A stretch of 52,565 bases of DNA from a virus (Duplodnaviria > Caudoviricetes), in the IMG/VR virus record IMGVR_UViG_3300005662_000060, positions 1-52,565 of that record, one strand, 5' to 3'. The notes under the pieces were generated by a model. It was given only the letters and a program-made list of their open reading frames with translations, made no database searches and was not told the DNA's origin. The translations under genes were made by a program, and so were the position numbers. This document shows positions 18,715 to 27,004 of this stretch, piece by piece. How positions within the stretch are numbered: the stretch's first letter is position 1; every line of letters begins with the position of its first letter.

Positions 18715-19052
18715 ACGTTTGGACTTTTCTTCTTGGTATCATTACTGCTGCTGGGGCGGGTTTCGCTTCTGCTGTCGTTTACTCTTACGCCAATCGTAAG
18801 AAAACGAAAGCTGAAGCTCAGAAGCTTTCTGCAGAGGCGGCAGATTACATTACCAAGGCAGCGACAGATCTCTTGACGAAGGCACAGCATCAAGCGGAAA
18901 AAACAGAAATCAAATTGCTCGTAGAGATTCAGCGACTCGAGTCCAGAATCAACGAGCTGTCTGAAGCTGTCGTCCTTCTTGTTGATCAGCTCAGAGAAAA
19001 CAACCTTGAGCCTCAACTGCCAGAAAACTTCTCTCATCCAGGAGGAAAGTAA
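18711..19052 (+). CDS. Membrane protein with coiled coil (lysis-associated)
   Basis: N-terminal hydrophobic helix then a heptad pattern; follows the endolysin. Confidence 0.65.
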   Translation: MNVWTFLLGIITAAGAGFASAVVYSYANRKKTKAEAQKLSAEAADYITKAATDLLTKAQHQAEKTEIKLLVEIQRLESRINELSEAVVLLVDQLRENNLEPQLPENFSHPGGK

Positions 19053-19313
19053 ATGAACGAGCTCAAGGCAGCCCTTTGGACTGCACTCTTCAGCTTTGTG
19101 ACGCTCTTCGGGACTAGCCTTCTCGGCTGGCTTCAGGATGTAATCGACTGGGCCAGCGGTACCGAGAGCTTCCCGAGCCTCTCGGTGCTCGGCAAGTTCG
19201 CTGCCGCAGCGGTAGTCTCCTGCATGATCGGCTTTGTCAATTGGGCCATCAGGTTCGCTCAGTCTAGGCTTGGCATTGCGGCTGGCACACTGCCCACTTA
19301 CGGACCGTCCTGA
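19053..19313 (+). CDS. Putative holin
   Basis: 86 aa with two hydrophobic segments, in the lysis cassette. Confidence 0.7.
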   Translation: MNELKAALWTALFSFVTLFGTSLLGWLQDVIDWASGTESFPSLSVLGKFAAAAVVSCMIGFVNWAIRFAQSRLGIAAGTLPTYGPS

Positions 19314-19336
19314 GACGCCGTGTATGGGCTTTAGGC

Positions 19337-19387
19337 GGTTTCAGAGAGGGTTGGCCTAGCAGGGGTGGCGCAACCCTCTCTGAAACC
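19337..19387. terminator. Hairpin between convergent transcription units (bidirectional terminator)
   Basis: Perfect 17-bp stem ggtttcagagagggttg / caaccctctctgaaacc at the junction of the two arms. Confidence 0.8.
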
Positions 19388-19397
19388 TTAGACGGCA

Positions 19398-19583
19398 TTA
19401 CTTGTCGTCTTGCGAGAGGATCTTTTGAACCTCAGCCTCCACGCCGTAATTGCTAGCTGTGGAGATCATTGAAGAGATCTCGATCTCGGAGAGATCTCGA
19501 TTCTGCTTCTTGGCCCTATTGACAGTTCTGGCTACATCGCTCAGCCAAAGCTCTCCAAGAATCTCACGGTTCTTTTCGCTCAC
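19398..19583 (-). CDS. Hypothetical protein
   Basis: GTGA overlap with the thyX stop; last gene before the terminator. Confidence 0.6.
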   Translation of the reverse strand: MSEKNREILGELWLSDVARTVNRAKKQNRDLSEIEISSMISTASNYGVEAEVQKILSQDDK

Positions 19584-20467
19584 TGCCAAGCTGCCTTCTC
19601 GTCAAACATCCACTCGACGTCATCGATAAGGTCGAACTGACCCTTGTCAACTCGATCCCTGATCGTGCATCCACGGTCAAAGTCTGCCTTGAACGGACAC
19701 TTGCCAACCTGATAGCACACTGGCTTGAAGAAAGGAAGGGAAGCGAGCATTTCGCCTTCCGGGCTGTAATCCCGGATGGCATCAATGATCTTGCTGAAAA
19801 CATCTCGCCAGATGAACTGAGCTTGAGTGCAAAGTCTGTTTCCAGCGTGCTCGCTCAGGTTGCGAAGATCTGTCGCATAGTGAAGCCTCGTCGTGGTGTT
19901 ATGCGGCAAGATCGACCTAGCATCTTCTGCAGGAATTCCATTGCCAATCAGATGATTGTAGAAGTTCTCAACGTCATTGAGATGATCAAACCATTCCTGC
20001 CGCAGCGGAGACTCGAGGTCAAGTGCCTCGATGCTCGGAGGCATGTATGCCTCTTCCGCCATGTTGTCCTTGACCGCAAATCGCATTGACTCTTGGGCGA
20101 ACACAGCCGTCCGCTGCCTGACCATCTGATGAGTGAAGTCTCGAGGCACACCTTCGATATAGAAGTGAAACTTCACGAACTCAAGAGGAGCCTTGAGATG
20201 TGTCTGCTGAACTTGATTTGCATAGTGCTCTCGCTCTTCAGGGCTGATGTAAGAGAGCTTGTACGTCGGCTTTCCTTCGTACATACGGCAAGCGGCAGCA
20301 ATAGCCCCTAGTGGATCTGGAGTCATGGCCAAGAGATGCACCGAGATCTCTCCATTTGACGACATTGGCGCAGCCTGAAACATGCTGGCGTCTGCGTAGC
20401 TCTGAAGCTCTTGGCTCTTGGCTCGCTGTGTCATCTCTGTAATTTCTTCTGGCGTTGGGATTCCCAT
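19580..20467 (-). CDS. thyX: Flavin-dependent thymidylate synthase-like protein (divergent ThyX)
   Basis: PLEF..F.F.IEGV.R..THQ.VRQR....QESMRF, EDAR.ILP and R.C..AQ motifs; the RHR signature is altered to RQR. Confidence 0.85.
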   Translation of the reverse strand: MGIPTPEEITEMTQRAKSQELQSYADASMFQAAPMSSNGEISVHLLAMTPDPLGAIAAACRMYEGKPTYKLSYISPEEREHYANQVQQTHLKAPLEFVKFHFYIEGVPRDFTHQMVRQRTAVFAQESMRFAVKDNMAEEAYMPPSIEALDLESPLRQEWFDHLNDVENFYNHLIGNGIPAEDARSILPHNTTTRLHYATDLRNLSEHAGNRLCTQAQFIWRDVFSKIIDAIRDYSPEGEMLASLPFFKPVCYQVGKCPFKADFDRGCTIRDRVDKGQFDLIDDVEWMFDEKAAWQ

Positions 20468-20476
20468 TTCTACCTT

Positions 20477-20785
20477 TCAGTCCGGGAACTTAGTGTCAAG
20501 CTCCATGTTTGCGAAATCAACCATCCGATCAGCAATTGACATCAGAGACTCACACTCGTCATCAAGCATTCCGTCACTAATTGAGTGCAGGATGTCACAA
20601 GTGAGATGAATCGTATTTGCATACTGATACAGAACTGACTTTGTAAATACGTCTTGAAGCCTCAAGACAACTGCGTCAGGCAAAGCATACAACCGCTTTA
20701 GTTCTGCTGCATTTTCTCCTAGCTTCTTTGTGATTCCCTCATCCCAATCAGAAGTCTTGAAGACGATGTACTTTCCTTCGATCAC
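20477..20785 (-). CDS. Hypothetical protein
   Basis: GTG overlapping the dnaE stop; KYIVFK..D...DAVVLRLQD.F. Confidence 0.7.
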   Translation of the reverse strand: MIEGKYIVFKTSDWDEGITKKLGENAAELKRLYALPDAVVLRLQDVFTKSVLYQYANTIHLTCDILHSISDGMLDDECESLMSIADRMVDFANMELDTKFPD

Positions 20786-23700
20786 TTTCCCTCCATGTCG
20801 AAAACCCACATCTTCTGAACGTACAGCGCACGTCTAGCCTGAAATCCAGGCTTCTTCCCCTCGACGACGATGATGTCTTTGTCCAAAGAGATGTCGAAAA
20901 CTTGATCTTTGAATCTTGGATACTTCCACCTATCCCAAACGAGAGTGATGACCTCCTCTCCGTCACTACCCATGCCACTGACCCACTCGGCAAGCTCTGG
21001 GCTCCTTACCGTGTCAGGATCAAGCTCCTCTCCAGTACGGCTGAAGTGAGCCTCAAAAAGATTCCTTTGGTTCCTGTACTTCAAGACGCCCATCCAAACG
21101 ATATGAACGTCTGGACCTGCGCTGTATGGAACCTGAGCGCTCGTGTGGGTAGGCTCTGGAATGCCAGCGGCAGTCAAGTATCTGCGAACCTGATTCATCT
21201 GCTTCTCTAGCTTGTGAATGTCGTAAGGATCTTCCTTCTCAACAAACTCCTTGAATCTATCAATGGTTTTGGGTCCAACTCCCTTCACAGAGCGCATGTC
21301 ATCCCAAGTCTCAGGCTGAGCCTCAAGGATTCTCTCGGCAGTCTTCTGACCAATTCCCTTGATAGTGCTCAGACCGCCTTCGACAAAACTTTCATATGGC
21401 TGCCAATTGACTGCCGAGGAGGGGGACGGGGGCTTGATGTCAATGCCGTGCCTCTCTGCGTCCTGCATGAGCTCTAGATGTTTCTTGTCTGGAAGGTTAT
21501 TGAGGCAGGCGGCGTAAAAGACCTCTGGATAATTCACCTTGATCCACATGGTCCAATACGCAAGAATTCCATAGCTCACACAATGGGCAGCATTGAAAGC
21601 ATAAGAACCAGCAGTAACGCACGAGTTCCATATCTGCCTCGCAGTGTCGTCGTCGACCCCATTTGCGAAAGCACCGCTGCGGAACTTTTCGTACTGGCGC
21701 TCAAACTCTTGCTTTCCTAGTTTCTTAGAGATGATCTTACGAATGTAAGCAGCGTGGGTCCAGTCGAAGCTACCGATCTCTCTAACGATTCGTAGGATCT
21801 GCTCCTGATAGACGATCTGGAAATGAGTGCCCTTGGTAATGTCGTCAAGAGTCGGGTGAAGATGCTCTGCCTCTGCACGACCCCACTTGATATCGATGTA
21901 GTTAGCCGTCGCTCCGTTGTAAAGGGGTCCAGGACGAGCGAGTGCGTTGATGTCGTAAACCTCTTGGAAATTATCAGGCTTCAGCTCTGCGGTAACGTTC
22001 CTCATCGTGCGACCATCAAACTGGAAAATTCCAGTGGTGTCGTTGCGCCTGAAAGAATCGATCACACGCTCGTCATCAAACGTCAAGTCGTAAAGATCCT
22101 GTAGCTTCAGGCCAAGATTCTCTAGTGCCTCTGAGATCAATGTCATGGTGCTGAGCCCCAGCGCATCTATCTTCAGAAGATTCTGACGCTCTGCGTCGTA
22201 CTTGTCTTGACTGATCACCTGATAGGTTTTGCCATTGACGGTTCTCTCGTAAATGGCTGCCACATCTGTCAGAGGACCGTTGCTCACCACGAGACCTGCG
22301 GCATGAACGCCCATGCCCTTGATGTTTCCCTCTAGGTCCATAGCTCGGTAAAGATCTGGATACCTATCAAAGACAGACTTGGCAGCCTCGAACTGCTCGA
22401 CAGTATCTTCGATGGTCGCGTTAGCGCGTAGGTCTCCAGAAGATCTCTCGATGAGAAGCTCTTTGACGGTCTCAACCTCAAACTTCGGAATCCTGTAAAC
22501 CCTAGCAACGTCGTCAAGAGAGTTCTTTGACTTGTAGTACACGAAAGATCCGATGTTACCGACGCAATCAGAACCGTACTTACCGGCCAGATAGTGACGA
22601 ATTTCATCTCTCCGCTCGGAGTCAAAGTCAAGATCAACGTCTGGCAAGTCTGCACGGGAAACGTCAATGAATCTCTCGAACACAAGGTTCGGAAAGTCCA
22701 TTGGGTTTACTTCTGTGATTCGAAGCAAGTAGCAAACCAGAGAAGCTGCCGCAGATCCTCTAGCGGGACCAACTAGGATCCCGTTATCCTTGCTCCACTT
22801 CACGAGGTCAGAAACTACGAGGAAGTAGTCGATGAAATCTTTGCCCTCGATGATCGACATCTCGTACTTCAGGCGCTCTGAGTACTCATCTTTGACGTCA
22901 TCTGGAAGAGCGTCGCAGTTCCTAAACTTCCAGCCTTCACTGATCCACTGCCGCCAAGTATCAAGCGAGTCTTCTGACGGATAACGAAGCTGAGGCAGCT
23001 TGGGCAATACGATGTTGCACCTTTCTGCGATCTCCTCAGTGCTGTGGAGAGCCTGCCTAGCCTGCGACTTGGTCAGCCCGGTACCCAGCAGGCGCCGCAT
23101 AACCTCCCGGTCCGTTAGGGGCGGGCACAGGGGCACGTCATAGCCCCACGCCCTAGCCTGCTCCTCCAGCGTTTGCCGATTGCCGCCCCTGACGTTGTGG
23201 AGGATCTGCTGGACACTAGCCTCGTCTGGCTTTGTGTAGTGAACGTCTCCAGTAGCAACCAATGGAATATTCAGCTCAGAGCCGATCTGAGCGATCATTT
23301 TGTTGAGCTTGCATACGTTCTCAAGCTCTGGAAACATCTGTACTTCTAGATAGTAAGAGTCTCCAAGAAGCCTCTTGAACCTAGCTGCTACTTGTTTCCC
23401 TCTGCTGTACGACGCCTCTTCTTTCGCAACATTCTTGCCCCCGATAAGGGATGTGGCCAGCAAAGATCCAGTACATCCGCTGAGAATGATGAGGCCTTCT
23501 TTGTTCTCGGCAAGCGTCTTGCCTGAAACTGTAGGCTCGTAATAGAAATCAGACCATCCTTGCGTGACGACTCCGAGGAGATTTCGATACCCCTGCTGAC
23601 TCTCCGCAAGTACAGTGAGATGATTCTTTCTTTGCGTGGCTTGCTCGCCCACATCACCCGTGTAAAGTTCGCATCCAAAGATCGGCTTGACCCCATTGGA

Positions 23701-23946
23701 AGTCGCAGCGATTTCGAGCTGCACATGGCTACTGACGTTGCCATGCTCAGTGAGGGCGAGTGCCCCCATACCAATCTCAGCCGCGCGCTCGACATGGGCA
23801 GAGGGCAACTGAAATCCATCGAGGTACGAGAATGTGCTGTGGTGGTGAAGGCTGACGTATCTGAGCTTCGCATTGATCGCCGAGACTTTTTCCTCTTGAA
23901 CCAGTCCCGGGACGTAATCCATCCCCTTGCCATGATCATGACCCAT
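20782..23946 (-). CDS. dnaE: DNA polymerase III alpha subunit (family C)
   Basis: PHP domain (SLHHHS.FS.LDG, LTEHG), RGSAA.S, PDVDLDF, HAAG, KIDALGL, YQEQ and YAFN.AH motifs. Confidence 0.97.
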   Translation of the reverse strand: MGHDHGKGMDYVPGLVQEEKVSAINAKLRYVSLHHHSTFSYLDGFQLPSAHVERAAEIGMGALALTEHGNVSSHVQLEIAATSNGVKPIFGCELYTGDVGEQATQRKNHLTVLAESQQGYRNLLGVVTQGWSDFYYEPTVSGKTLAENKEGLIILSGCTGSLLATSLIGGKNVAKEEASYSRGKQVAARFKRLLGDSYYLEVQMFPELENVCKLNKMIAQIGSELNIPLVATGDVHYTKPDEASVQQILHNVRGGNRQTLEEQARAWGYDVPLCPPLTDREVMRRLLGTGLTKSQARQALHSTEEIAERCNIVLPKLPQLRYPSEDSLDTWRQWISEGWKFRNCDALPDDVKDEYSERLKYEMSIIEGKDFIDYFLVVSDLVKWSKDNGILVGPARGSAAASLVCYLLRITEVNPMDFPNLVFERFIDVSRADLPDVDLDFDSERRDEIRHYLAGKYGSDCVGNIGSFVYYKSKNSLDDVARVYRIPKFEVETVKELLIERSSGDLRANATIEDTVEQFEAAKSVFDRYPDLYRAMDLEGNIKGMGVHAAGLVVSNGPLTDVAAIYERTVNGKTYQVISQDKYDAERQNLLKIDALGLSTMTLISEALENLGLKLQDLYDLTFDDERVIDSFRRNDTTGIFQFDGRTMRNVTAELKPDNFQEVYDINALARPGPLYNGATANYIDIKWGRAEAEHLHPTLDDITKGTHFQIVYQEQILRIVREIGSFDWTHAAYIRKIISKKLGKQEFERQYEKFRSGAFANGVDDDTARQIWNSCVTAGSYAFNAAHCVSYGILAYWTMWIKVNYPEVFYAACLNNLPDKKHLELMQDAERHGIDIKPPSPSSAVNWQPYESFVEGGLSTIKGIGQKTAERILEAQPETWDDMRSVKGVGPKTIDRFKEFVEKEDPYDIHKLEKQMNQVRRYLTAAGIPEPTHTSAQVPYSAGPDVHIVWMGVLKYRNQRNLFEAHFSRTGEELDPDTVRSPELAEWVSGMGSDGEEVITLVWDRWKYPRFKDQVFDISLDKDIIVVEGKKPGFQARRALYVQKMWVFDMEGK

Positions 23947-24541
23947 TCTTTACCAACTGAGTCACGAGCACCAAGTTCCTCTCTTCCAATCCCATGATCA
24001 TATTGAATCCAACTTCGAGCTGCCAAGGGATGGATACGTTATTGAAGTGAGGATCGTAAGCAGGATTGTCTAGGATGTTCCTCCACGTTTTGACGCCGTA
24101 ACGGCTCTTGTGCTCGATGCACTCCCAAGCAAGAGTTGACATGAAATGGGGAACAACGATTGTGAAAGTGGCATTCGGCTTCAGGACTCTCTGGACCTCA
24201 ACGAGCAGTCGCACTACAGATTCTGGGCTGATGTGGTCTAGAGCATGTGCGCTGAAAATGCCGTCAACCTCTTCGTCTCCAAACATGCTGAGGTCATCAC
24301 GCTCAGCGTCCCACTCTGGCCAATCAAGGCGCTGATATCCGTCAATAACCTTATTGCCACCGCCAATGTCCACAAGAATCTTGTCTTTGCTTGGCTCTGG
24401 AATGATTCTGAAACCAGCCCTCGGCCTGATCATGGCGATGTCAAATGCGTCACTGACAATCGCTGGAGGATCAAAGAACCTCTGCCCACGATGATCAACA
24501 TTAGGCACTCGATTTGCGTAGTCCATTACTTCCACCTCCAA
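23936..24541 (-). CDS. Class I SAM-dependent methyltransferase-like protein
   Basis: VDIGGG motif I, VD.I.SAHALDH and E..RVLKP...F.I.VPH. Confidence 0.8.
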   Translation of the reverse strand: MEVEVMDYANRVPNVDHRGQRFFDPPAIVSDAFDIAMIRPRAGFRIIPEPSKDKILVDIGGGNKVIDGYQRLDWPEWDAERDDLSMFGDEEVDGIFSAHALDHISPESVVRLLVEVQRVLKPNATFTIVVPHFMSTLAWECIEHKSRYGVKTWRNILDNPAYDPHFNNVSIPWQLEVGFNMIMGLEERNLVLVTQLVKNGS

Positions 24542-24840
24542 GTTCCCTCAATTTCCCCAAGCCTTCCACGAATGAAAAAGCAGAGGTAATTGATCGCGTC
24601 AATTGCAGAGTCAAGATCTTCAGGTGGATTGTCTGAAGTCATGTACTCGTTCCACAAACGGTCAATCTTCTTACGAACGTCGAAAAGAGCACCTCTCCAA
24701 CCGCTATCCATCCAAGTGTCTGCGTGCCGAGCGTTTCGTTCGGCATAAACCTCAAACGCATAGAGCATTGCCATGAACTGATCAATGCTTGACTCGTTAG
24801 CTTCATAGCCAAGTGACTCAATCATCTCCTTGACATTCAT
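24526..24840 (-). CDS. Nucleotide-modification-associated domain protein (Nmad1/DUF1599-like)
   Basis: ERNARHADTW...G......KKIDRL...DSAIDAINY..F pattern. Confidence 0.7.
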   Translation of the reverse strand: MNVKEMIESLGYEANESSIDQFMAMLYAFEVYAERNARHADTWMDSGWRGALFDVRKKIDRLWNEYMTSDNPPEDLDSAIDAINYLCFFIRGRLGEIEGTWRWK

Positions 24841-25598
24841 CGCTGACCGCCAGCAAGCTCAATGGGGCTGCCAGAAAGATACGGGAAGTTACCACTCACG
24901 AGTGCTGCAACGCACTCCCCAATTTCTTCTGGCTGTAGCCAATACTTCTTGGGCAGAACAGCGGACCAGTAATCGTAAGCATCACTCCAAGGAACATCTC
25001 GATATCTCATGATGCCTCTGATGGTCTTGTCTGTCATCGGAGTTCCCTGCGTATTGCTCGGATGCACGCAGAAAACGTCATAGTTCTTAGGGGCAAGCTC
25101 CCAAGCCATGCACTTAGCGAAATGAGCAAGACCAGCTTTCGCAGCGCAGTAAGGAGCGCTCGCATTCAGGACATGATTGTAAGCCATGCTGCCGACATAG
25201 ACGATGTGCTTTCTATGTGAAGTGTCCAGCGTGGCAGAGACAAATTCACGAGTGGCAAGAATGCTGGCTGTCAAAGAGTTGTGGACAACTTCCATGATCT
25301 CTTTGGTCGGCTGATCTTCAATCCAGTCAAGATGAGTCTGTCCGTTCACCAAGACCAAAGTGTCGAAAGAGCTGAGCTCATGGAGATCACCGATGTGTTC
25401 GGCGGCCATATCTTCATGGGGTATTCCGAAGACAAGCATGTCCTCGTAATGCTCCGACAAAGATCGATCTATTGCACCGCCGATGTTGTTATGAGCCCAA
25501 CCCATAATCAACGTCTTCCTTCTCTGTGGAAGAGAAGTGTCGAATAGATGTCTCGACTTAGTGCTTTCCAAATAGCTCGAGCTGAGTTGTTCTTTCAC
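24837..25598 (-). CDS. Short-chain dehydrogenase/reductase (SDR)
   Basis: N-terminal G....IG, catalytic S and YCAAK (YxxxK), ELAP...V..V.P, C-terminal YLSG..I...GG. Confidence 0.9.
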   Translation of the reverse strand: MKEQLSSSYLESTKSRHLFDTSLPQRRKTLIMGWAHNNIGGAIDRSLSEHYEDMLVFGIPHEDMAAEHIGDLHELSSFDTLVLVNGQTHLDWIEDQPTKEIMEVVHNSLTASILATREFVSATLDTSHRKHIVYVGSMAYNHVLNASAPYCAAKAGLAHFAKCMAWELAPKNYDVFCVHPSNTQGTPMTDKTIRGIMRYRDVPWSDAYDYWSAVLPKKYWLQPEEIGECVAALVSGNFPYLSGSPIELAGGQR

Positions 25599-26256
25599 TG
25601 TTCTCCCATCTTTCTACGTTGGTAGTCACCCATTGCAGGGCGTCCAAAAGTGTACCCCTTGGGCGCCTCATTTGCGTCTGGTGAGCATTGTGGTTTCGCT
25701 CTACCTGAAACACCGGAAGGCCGAGTTCATCGGCTCGATCAAACATCTCTGGCAGGTCATCAATCACCCCCACGATTCTTTCGCTACCAACAATTTCAAT
25801 CAGCCTTGCGTACTTATCTTCGTCGTAGAGCAAACCCTCATACGAGAAGTGATTTCTATGAAGCCACTCTCGAGTGTCTGGGTCAACATTGTCAAGCCTC
25901 TGCCACGGCCTAGTCGTTGTAAACCACACCTCTACTCCGAGACTTCGGATTCCATCAATGAGCTCATGGGCACCGCTGAATACCGGAGACCATCTCTTGA
26001 AGCCACCCTGCCGGAACGAGAGCTTGGCTTCTCGATACTCTTCTCTGGTCAAAGAAAGCCACTCTTCGAAATCTCCGTCACCATCCCAAGCGGCAAGTCC
26101 ATTCGACTCAAGAATGAGAGAGGAAACTTCCCTTTCCGAGAAGTTGTGATACGCAGCAATGAACTTCATTAGATGAGTGTGATACTCACTAATAGTTCCG
26201 TCAATGTCTACGGCAACAACGGGATTTACGACAGAGTTGCATGAACTACACAGCAT
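25558..26256 (-). CDS. HAD-superfamily phosphatase (5'(3')-deoxyribonucleotidase-like)
   Basis: VAVDIDGTI motif I, TTR motif II, K and IDD motif IV; N-terminal CxxC. Confidence 0.85.
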   Translation of the reverse strand: MLCSSCNSVVNPVVAVDIDGTISEYHTHLMKFIAAYHNFSEREVSSLILESNGLAAWDGDGDFEEWLSLTREEYREAKLSFRQGGFKRWSPVFSGAHELIDGIRSLGVEVWFTTTRPWQRLDNVDPDTREWLHRNHFSYEGLLYDEDKYARLIEIVGSERIVGVIDDLPEMFDRADELGLPVFQVERNHNAHQTQMRRPRGTLLDALQWVTTNVERWENSERTTQLELFGKH

Positions 26257-27004
26257 CAAGAATCTCTCCCGCCTTGTTGTAGGCATGATTTACAAGGATG
26301 GCTTTTCGAAACTCTCCGAATCGACCAAGCCTCACAAGCCCGTGATCAATGAAGCAATCACAATCTGTACTCAATGGCTTCTTAGCCAGCTTGGCTGACT
26401 CTGATGGCTTCTGCCCCCACTCAGTACTTCCATAGCCACCGATCATGCTGCTGCGATACCAAGACTCGCTCAGGCTTCCGTTGTACACGATTACATTTTG
26501 ATCCTTCTCAACTGAGGGGATAGAGCATGAGTCATTGATCCAGACCTGCTGCCATTCGAAGGAATGATCTTGTGGCTTGAGGCAGTAACCGAGAGGCGTG
26601 ATCGTGCTGAAAACCATATCTCCAGAGTCAATGAGGTCTTGGATGTAAGGAGCCCTGACTTCAGTGTCTACGATTGACCGCTCGTAAATTGACCAAAGTT
26701 CTGCATAAACATTGATCATCGACCAAGCTGGCCATTCCCCTTCGAAATCGTCCCAGCTACATGGGGCTTCTTGATCGCCGTAAACCTTCTCGGCGTAATA
26801 CTTCTTGTGACCCCACTTGTCAAACAAGATGCTCATCTCTGGATCTTCGCTGGTAATGCCAGAAACCGGCTCATGAATGAACTGAGCCCCCTTGATATCG
26901 CTTGGAATCTTGATGCTGTGGATGACAACTTCAAGATCCCTCATTGCTGCCTGATGAGCGATGAGGAGGCCAGCGGGGCCGCAACCCAGAACATGAATTT
27001 TCAC
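26246..27004 (-). CDS. FAD-dependent oxidoreductase (UDP-galactopyranose mutase-like superfamily)
   Basis: IHVLGCGPAGL Rossmann motif, GAQFIH and C-terminal LGRFGEF. Confidence 0.75.
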   Translation of the reverse strand: MKIHVLGCGPAGLLIAHQAAMRDLEVVIHSIKIPSDIKGAQFIHEPVSGITSEDPEMSILFDKWGHKKYYAEKVYGDQEAPCSWDDFEGEWPAWSMINVYAELWSIYERSIVDTEVRAPYIQDLIDSGDMVFSTITPLGYCLKPQDHSFEWQQVWINDSCSIPSVEKDQNVIVYNGSLSESWYRSSMIGGYGSTEWGQKPSESAKLAKKPLSTDCDCFIDHGLVRLGRFGEFRKAILVNHAYNKAGEILDAV

